Below are positions 39,135 to 47,015 of a stretch of DNA of 47,015 nt, in pieces. Source of the DNA: Octopus sinensis (taxonomy: Eukaryota); the NCBI RefSeq assembly GCF_006345805.1, contig NW_021834638.1, positions 1 to 47,015 of the forward strand, given 5' to 3'. The position numbers and the translations under genes were made by a program. Within the stretch, counting starts at the first letter, position 1, and every line of letters starts with the position of its first letter. The notes beneath the pieces were generated by a model, which searched no databases, had not been told where the DNA came from, and saw only the letters and a program-made list of their open reading frames with translations.

Positions 39135-40245
39135 ATGAAAGACAAGGTCATTATTGCATATTTGAAGCGCCTCAAACCTCTCTTGAAATCAAAATTCAAC
39201 TGAAAGAACCGCGTGACTGGCACCAGCGTTTGAAATGTTGCTGTAGCCCGCTACAGTGCACTACAATGACAATGCATGGTGCCCTCCACCCTAATGCGAA
39301 CGTACGCAGACTTTACATGAAGAGGTATAAGGGTCGATGTGTGTTGATTAGCATACGGAAGTGCATCAAGAGTGAAAAAAGAAACATGGCGGAATCTTTG
39401 GTAAACAGTAAACAAGACCTGCTACAGTCTGCTGCTAATGCAGAAGGATTTACAAAAAAAAATGGAATTGAGAGTGCTTATGAATTCCGATCACTAATAG
39501 CCAGCGAGTGAGAAGAAACCCTACTCCGTATGGAATTACATGGTCAGTTCCACAGTGAAACTAACTTAAAAGATCAGGAAGCATCATGTAGGTGGCTCAG
39601 TAAGGATGACCTAAAAGAGAAAACTGTAAGCTTAATCCTCGCTGCCCAGGACCAGACATTGAACAGTAACTCAGTGAAAAGAGATATATGACACACAAGT
39701 GCAATGAACCTCTGCAGAATGTGCGGAAAGAGGGTCGAAAGCGTGACACGTTGTTAGGGACTGTGAAAGTCTTGCATATAAAAAGTATAAACACAGACAC
39801 CGCAAGGTAGGCCAAAACCTTCACTGGCTACTATTCCGGAAGTATGGATACGAGGTAAAGCGTGTTTGGTACCAACATACACCGGAAAAGGTAATGAACG
39901 AAGAGGAGGAGGCAAAATCGAAAGCCTGATATGGTAACCATTAAGAGCTACAAACAAGAGGGCCTAATAACTGACGTGGCAGTGCCAGGGGATCAACATA
40001 TTATCATGAAAGAAAAAGAAAAGATTAATAAATATGGAAACCTGTAAACTGTGATCACCAAGATGTGACAGCTACGAGAGTCAAACATAAAGTTTGTCCC
40101 TATTGTCCATTGGAGCATTAGTTTCAATACCACCCAACCTGAAAACATCTGGAAACTTTAGAAATGCCCTACAATCGAGGTGTATTGCAAAAATCGGCAT
40201 TACTTGGAACTGCACGCATATTGCGTAAAGTATTGTCTGTCTGAC
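39135..40245 (+). mobile_element. Third, older R4/Dong fragment (decayed RT C-terminus, CCHC, REL)
   Basis: LHPNANVRRLYMKR, LHGQF, LILAAQDQTL, CRMCG, DVAVPGD..KEKEKINKY, KSALLGTA(R)ILRKVLSV. Confidence 0.85.
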
Positions 40246-40339
40246 ACAATATCTCAATCAACGACATCGCGATATTGGATATTGAGCGGCGTCTTAAATG
40301 ATAATATCTATTGATATCAACATAGGTTGTAATAGAAAA

Positions 40340-41070
40340 TGAAAAGTTACAAGATCTTTTGGGATTTCTCTATAATGACGGAACACACAACTGATGCAGG
40401 TATACCGGATATGGTATACCTGCTTGGCGAGCTTGGCAGAAACGTTAGCACGCCGGGCGAAATGCTTAGCGGTATTTCGTCTGCCGCTACATTCTGAGTT
40501 CAAATACCGCCGAGGTCGACTTTGCCTTTCATCCTTTCGGGGTCGATTAAATAAGTACCAGTTATGCACTGGGGTCGATGTAATCGACTTAATCCGTGTG
40601 TCTGTCCTTGTTTGTCCCCACTATGTTTAGCCCCTTGTGGGTAATAAAGAAATAGGTATTTCGTCTGCCGCTACGTTCTGAGTTCAAATTCCGCCGAGGC
40701 CGACTTTGCCTTTCATCCTTTCGGGGTAGATTAAATAAGTACCAGTTACGCAGTGGGGTCGATATAATCGACTTAATCCGTTTGTCTGTCCTTGTTTGTC
40801 CCCTCTGTGTGTAGCCCCTTGTGGGCAGTAAAGAAATAGGTATACCAGATATGATCATAAAAGACAAAATAAATAAACGGTGTAAGATCAAAGATTTTTC
40901 AATCGCTTCAAATAATAGAGCTGATACTATGAAGTTGGAAAACCTGTTAAATATCAGGATCCAGCCAAAGAAATGAGAAGATTGTGGAAGACAATGACAA
41001 TTACTTTTCCTGTAGTAATTGGTGCAATTGGAGCAACACCCAAAATTCGATGTAAAAGACTGAAAGCTTC
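40340..41070 (+). mobile_element. Fourth R4/Dong REL relic, interrupted by a SINE dimer
   Basis: WDFSIMTEHTTDAGIPDM | PDMIIKDK..KYQD..EMRRLWK..FPVVIGAIG. Confidence 0.6.
40425..40840 (+). mobile_element. SINE family A dimer with 16-bp target-site-like duplication
   Basis: AGGTATACCGGATATG (40398-40413) / AGGTATACCAGATATG (40838-40853). Confidence 0.9.
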
Positions 41071-41159
41071 AGCTCTGCCTAAGAGCACGAATTATGTTAG
41101 GTCTGTCATAAAACCGGAGTAATTGTTTTCCATAATGCACATTGTAACTAAGATCAGAA

Positions 41160-41345
41160 CATTTTCTTTTGGACGTGACGCCGCTTCGTCTCAGAATTAA
41201 CCCCGCAGCATTAAACCCGCATTTAACTTCTGAATTTGAAATGAAGAATTTTTTCTCAGGAGCACTGTGCACTGCGGAGTCTTGGAGATCGAAACCGCAA
41301 TCGCCAGATCATAGATACAATACACTAACTGTCAGATCACGCGCA
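41160..41345 (-). mobile_element. Diverged SINE family C
   Basis: Reverse strand gcggtttcgatctcc...gtgctcctgagaaaaaattcttcatttc resembles 8724-8915. Confidence 0.45.
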
Positions 41346-41860
41346 TTTATTTGTAACATGTAACAATATAAATTTCTCTCTATTTACTATGTAAAAAAAA
41401 CAAACTAGTCCATTAAACGATGTTCTATAAGCGGTGGGGAGCCACAACTACCCTCGTGATAGTTATTTATTGATGCTTGCAATCTCAGTTTCTATAAAAT
41501 ATTAGAAATTGTAGAGATTTTCATGTAATTCTAATAGTTTATTTAATTACAATTCCTGTAAAATGCAGCAAATACATTTTCGAGTGATTACTTGATATTT
41601 CAAAACATGGACGACGCTCTTAAATGTGAAATGCTCCTGTGTTTTTCCCTTCGTTCACATTTCATTGCATACCAAGTATTTTAATATTTTAGTATATATT
41701 TTAGTATCGATGCGTCAGGGAGATTGCATATTTATTTATCTATTATTTACATATATATTTATATGTTTATTTATTGATTTATATATTCATTTAATATTTT
41801 ACATGAAAATCAAACATTAGTGTTCACTTATTCACGCTGTCTCTCTCAATCTGCCTTTTC

Positions 41861-41936
<76 letters not shown>

Positions 41937-41940
41937 GTCA

Positions 41941-41976
<36 letters not shown>

Positions 41977-42098
41977 GTCTATCTATCTGTCTCTCCACCT
42001 ACATAACTATCTGTTATGTCCTTACTTCACTCTTCCTCTGTGCCTTTTTCTTTTCTACTGTACTTTTAACGTTGTGCATATTTCTACATATTTCTACG

Positions 42099-42150
<52 letters not shown>

Positions 42151-42158
<8 letters not shown>

Positions 42159-42416
42159 TGTAGGTATGTATATATATATACATATGAATGCATATATAAA
42201 GAGAAAAGAGGGGTATACATTATACAATCATACACGCTCGCTCATATATTGTTATAAAGAAAATAACATATACGGGGAGTACAATTGTGTGTTTGTATAT
42301 GTATATGTGTATGTATGAATGTATGTATGAATGTATGTATGTATCTATGTATGTATATATATGTATATATATATATATATATGTATACATACACACCATA
42401 CACACATACATACATA

Positions 42417-42472
<56 letters not shown>

Positions 42473-42830
42473 ATATAATATATATATATATACATATATG
42501 TAGGTATGTATATATATATACATATGAATGCATATATAAAGAGAAAAGAGGGGTATACATTATACAATCATACACGCTCGCTCATATATTGTTATAAAGA
42601 AAATAACATATACGGGGAGTACAATTGTGTGTTTGTATATGTATATGTGTATGTATGAATGTATGTATGAATGTATGTATGTATCTATGTATGTATATAT
42701 ATGTATATATATATATATATGTATACATACACACCATACACACATACATACATATATATGTATATATATATATATGTATACATACACACCATACACACAT
42801 ACATACATATATATGTATATATATATATAT
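42151..42830. repeat. Near-identical tandem duplication, period ~340 bp, bounded by (TA)n
   Basis: gagaaaagaggggtatacatt...tacggggagtacaattg occurs at ~42200 and ~42540. Confidence 0.9.
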
Positions 42831-43583
42831 ATATATATAGATATATATATATATATATATATATATAGGTTTACATACCTATATATACACATATACGATT
42901 GTATACATACATATACGTGCACATGTTTGTGTCTCTACATATATATACATACATGCATATATATGCACCCACACATATTCTTATAAGTAGTACGCCCAAG
43001 TATGTATATTTATACTTAAACAAGACAACATGAATTATGTGTATGGTATCCATTTAAATTTTACTGCATTGGGGGAAATGTTGTTGGTGGCTAACGATCA
43101 ATAGGGTCGTAGATGTGATTTGGCAGTCACGCTGGCTAAACGCAATCCACAGCAACTGTCTAAATCTGAATTGGTAGCGAAATATCAAGATAATGTTATA
43201 TCTAGCAAGTGAAGCGTACATACAATATAGAAGAGCATATTATATCGCCCGTTATCTCACTGCCTGCTTACCCGCACACCACATGTCAATATATGCGTAT
43301 AATATACGCATATAATATACTTTCGAAGGCTCATAGACAAGAGGTGTAGAGAAATGTTTTGTTCGAAACACACGCATGCATATTAAGCACACTGTGAGAC
43401 AACCATACCCACACACAAGACAAAACACACACACACATATTTGTACGCCTATGAACACGTCAGAGAGGTACTGGCGACAGACACATCGACGCATACATGC
43501 ATATATATACACGGGTGTAATGTAAGATAAAGTGGTATACACATGCATACACAAATGTGTTTGCACGTAAATACATTTACGTA

Positions 43584-43663
<80 letters not shown>

Positions 43664-44205
43664 GTATATGCTGGGGTGTTCTGAAATGTGAATATATGTA
43701 TGCATATATATATATGAATGTTTTTCCTTTCCTTCAAACAATGTATCTATCTACGTGTATGTGTGTATTTGTGTGCGTTGAATAAATGAGAAAATTGGTG
43801 TGACATGTATTGTGTACATATATTCTCACAAATGCTGCACGTCACAAGACATTCGCATGCATTACCACGTACACGCATACGTAGATGAATAGATGAATAG
43901 ATGCATACATACATATATACATTCATACATAAATGCATATATACTTACACACACATACACACACACATATATATAGAAATATATACATACATGAACACAC
44001 ACACATGTGTGATTTTAGGATATGTATATAAATTCATATTTATAAATGCATATGTAGGTGAGTGTGTATGTCTGCGTGCGTATATATACATACACATAGA
44101 GGTGAGCGTGCATACACACACATACACAAACACACACAGAGAAACATTAATATATATAAACATATATACATATACATGCGTACATATACATATATATTAT
44201 AAAAG

Positions 44206-44260
<55 letters not shown>

Positions 44261-44289
44261 ATCTATCTATCTATCTAGGGGAAACGATA

Positions 44290-44352
44290 CGTAGCTGTAT
44301 GGTAAGATACTTGCCTCCCAACCACATGGTCTGGGTTCATTCCCTTTGCGAC
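44290..44352 (+). mobile_element. Isolated tRNA-like head of SINE family B
   Basis: gtagctgtatggtaagatacttgcctcccaaccacatggtctgggttcattccc. Confidence 0.7.
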
Positions 44353-44473
44353 TGAAATATATATATATATATATAACGGGAAGCTTTATGAAAATAAACA
44401 AAAGACGAAGGCAGGTGGAAAACAAACGAACAATTGTATTAGTATGGCGCTCAGGAAATATAAATAAAACAAG

Positions 44474-44510
44474 TCTTTAACGTTTCGAGCCTACGCTCTT
44501 CAACAAAAGA
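44474..44510 (-). ncRNA. Minimal, degenerate hammerhead-like motif of PLE tail
   Basis: UCUUU-(C)UGUUGA-A-GAGC-GUAG-GCUC-GAAA-CGU-U-AAAGA; palindromic ACGU helix III; core has A6U and lacks C3. Confidence 0.45.
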
Positions 44511-44674
44511 TACACACAGAGAGAAAAACACAGAAGAAGGAGAGAAAAAAAATGCGTGCAGTAGCTAACGAATCAACATGGCGATCTGATTTCGGCCAGA
44601 GGTCAAAGATCAAACATGAGACGCGAGAGCGAAATAAGGGGAGATAATAGGGTTGAGGGACCAGCTAAAAGTGC

Positions 44675-44995
44675 GTGGGAGGGGTCTGGATGTGTATGTA
44701 TAGGGTTGGTGTATGTATTAGTATGTATAAGGGTGTGTGTGTGTGTGTGTGGTGTATGAGAGAGTATTAGTGCGTGGGATGGTCTGGACGTGCGTATGTA
44801 TGGGGTTGGTGTATGTATTAGTATGTATTAGTATGTATTAGTACGTATTGTTATGTATAGGTGTGTGTGTGTGTGTGTGAGAGAGTATAAGTGCGTATGC
44901 GGGGTCTGGACGTGTGGTATGTATAGGGTTGGTGTAAGTATTAGTATGTACTAGTATGTATTAGTACGTATTAGTATGTATTAGTTGGTGTGGTT
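44675..44995. repeat. Imperfect minisatellite (ggtctggaYgtg..gggttggtgtatgtattag) with (TATTAGTATG)n subrepeats, inside the PLE tail
   Basis: Three to four visible units. Confidence 0.8.
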
Positions 44996-45334
44996 ATTAG
45001 TATGGCACATCATATGTGATGTGATGTGAAAGTCATGTGGTGTAGTGAGAAGAGGGGGAGGGGAGAAGAGGGGGAGAAGGGAGGGGAAGAAGAGGGGGAG
45101 GGGAGGGTGAAGAGGAGAGGATGGGGAGAAGAGGGGAGGAGAGGGATGAAGGAGGAAAGAGGAGAGGGGGAGAGAGAAGGGGAGAGAGGGAGTGAGGGAG
45201 CAGAGGGAAGAGGAAGAGGGAGGAGAAAAGGGAAGAAGGGAAGGGGAGTAGGGGTGAAAGGATGAAGGACTGAAGAATGGGGGTCGGGGGGAGAAAGGAT
45301 AGGTGAGGAGGGGAGAGGGGGGTTAGGAGGAGGG

Positions 45335-46135
45335 GGGGAGAGTTGAGACCAAATGGCGTATAAGAGCGAAGAGAGAAGATTAATTCCTGTTCACGGCGCA
45401 AACGGGAATCCGGATGGCCTCTGTGTAAGGACAAACCGAACACAGATAGGTGTTGCAAGGAGTGACCGGTGGAGCGGAATGGCGGTGAGACCGGTGTGTC
45501 GTTCGCAAGTGGATGTCACGAAGGTGTTCCGCGAACCGGTCAGCCAAGCGGCGTCCCGTTTGTCCGATGTACAAGAATTGCAGAGAGAGCAAGAGATGCA
45601 ATAGATAATATCTGGAGGTGCAGTGAAGGAGTGGATGATGGGATAGGGTCGATGGTGGGTGCTAGTGAGGCGGGTGGTGTTGGAGAGGTAAGGGCAAGTG
45701 CGGCAACGTGGGCGGGAGCAGGGGAACGAGCCGGGTTGGGAGGTAGGGTTCAGGGAAGGAGCTATGGACCAAAAGGTCTCGAAGGTTGTGGGCTCGTTTG
45801 AAAGAGGGGAGGGGTCGTTTAGGGAAGAGGTGTGAAGTGGACGGGTCGGACTGGAGATGACGGAAAGCTCGAAGAATGGTGCGTTGGAGACGTAGGGTCG
45901 TGGGGTGGTAAGTGAGGGGAAAAGGGAGGCGGGAGAACTACGGGGCGGGGTTCGGGGAGAGGAGCAGATACACGGTCCACGGACCGTGCTCTGGCAAGGG
46001 CGATGTGGATAGTGGTGAGGGGTATCCACGTAGGTGAAGTGGTGAGCCATACGTTGAGACTGGTCTCAAAGTCATGGTCGTCACTACAGAGCCTACGTAG
46101 ACGGAGGAATTGGGAATAGGGGATGGAAAGCTTGG
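45335..46135 (-). pseudogene. Frameshifted PLE C-terminal domain and GIY-YIG endonuclease
   Basis: ORFs 45391..46050, 45380..45601 and 45033..45458 carry consecutive parts. Confidence 0.88.
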
Positions 46136-46351
46136 TGTTATATATATATATATATATATATAATTATAACAATGAGGGTCTTTGCAACAGGTTGCTAGAC
46201 CACATACAGAAAGCATTAGAAATAGCAGCCAGACGACTGTTATTTCTTTTACTACAATAATAAGTGTCCCACAGACAAACGGTTTTTGTAACTCACTATG
46301 GCAAAAAAAAAAAAACGAAGAAAAACAACGAAATCAAACAGTGTCCGGTCA

Positions 46352-46411
46352 ATTATGGACGCATACGTTTCTGGATTAGAATCAGGGATTCATTTCCTTC
46401 ATCAACATAAT
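46352..46411 (-). ncRNA. Type I hammerhead-like motif
   Basis: AUUAUG-UUGAUGA-A-GGA..GAAUC/GAUUC..UCC-A-GAA-ACG-UAUG-CGU-C-CAUAAU; GUC site; C3U variant. Confidence 0.62.
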
Positions 46412-46757
46412 ATTCCGATAAATAAATCTAGAAATGCTAGGAAATCTTACCCTCCATATTCCGAACATGCGAAATCGGGGCATACAGAAGCTAATCAGCA
46501 TATCCACATTTATATAGACAAGTGAATTCGTATCTCCCTCCAGAATTTCTCCCACGTTAGCCACAAATAATACTGCCGAAAATGAATTCGTAGTTCCGTC
46601 ATATGGGGAGTAAAATAATCAATACAGATAAAGGGTGAAATATAATTCATTTAATGAAATCAACAAATTTCACCAAGTAGTTTTTCGGTATGGAAAAGGA
46701 CCATATTCGGTATGGAGGGTAAGATTTCCTAGCATTTCTAGATTTATTTATCGGAAT

Positions 46758-46815
46758 ATTATGTTGATGAAGGAAATGAATCCCTGATTCTAATCCAGAA
46801 ACGTGCGTCCATAAT
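46758..46815 (+). ncRNA. Type I hammerhead-like motif
   Basis: Same fold with shorter loop III (AC-GUGC-GU); GUC site, cleavage predicted after 46809. Confidence 0.6.
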
Positions 46816-47015
46816 TGACCGGACACTGTTTTATTTCGTTATTTTTCTTCGTTTTTTTGCCATAGTGAGTTACAAATACTGTTGTCTGTGGGACATATTT
46901 TTGTAGTAAAAGAAATAACAGTCGTCTGGCTGCTATTTCTAATACTTTCGGTATGTGGTCTAGCAACCTGTTGCAAAGACCGTCATTGTTATAATCATAT
47001 ATAATTTTACCGAAT

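Larger units (their letters stand above)
44375..46136 (-). mobile_element. 5'-truncated Penelope-like element (probably Neptune-type) embedded in (TA)n
   Basis: SIPYSQFLRLRRLCS..RGYP; CSRPRCRTC Zn motif; GIY-YIG IIYCISC..LYIGQTGRRLADRFAEH..REQELIF..PFGLN; pyrimidine tract, minisatellite and hammerhead-like tail. Confidence 0.9.
46163..46995. mobile_element. Fold-back element with ~300-bp inverted arms (46163-46469 / 46702-46995), each carrying a hammerhead motif
   Basis: Arms align at roughly 90% by eye; shares aatttcaccaagtag..aaaaggaccat and agaaatagcagcc with 25100-25230. Confidence 0.8.

Overview
AT-rich, microsatellite-saturated eukaryotic DNA, probably intergenic or intronic. The tRNA-derived SINE families and the (TA)n/(CA)n/(TCTA)n/(AAT)n load resemble an Octopus genome; this is inferred from recalled repeat sequences, not a search. 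No intact host protein gene is recognisable, and nearly all ORF-track entries are microsatellite or antisense-TE artefacts. Recognisable elements: a 3'-truncated RTE LINE (13.8-16.1 kb, minus), an internally deleted DD37D (maT-type) Tc1/mariner transposon (28.6-29.4 kb), a chain of R4/Dong-type RT+REL retroelement pieces linked by (AAT)n tracts (34.9-41.1 kb), a 5'-truncated Penelope-like GIY-YIG element (44.4-46.1 kb, minus) and about 20 SINE copies. The most notable signal is four sequence-distinct fold-back elements (22.7-23.4, 25.35-25.66, 27.0-27.6 and 46.2-47.0 kb). Each consists of inverted arms carrying type I hammerhead ribozyme motifs that point outward, and three abut (TA)n tracts. 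A fifth, minimal hammerhead-like motif lies in the Penelope tail. Ribozyme folds were derived by hand and activity is untested. Several homotypic motif clusters (ATCRAT, E-box) are candidate enhancers.
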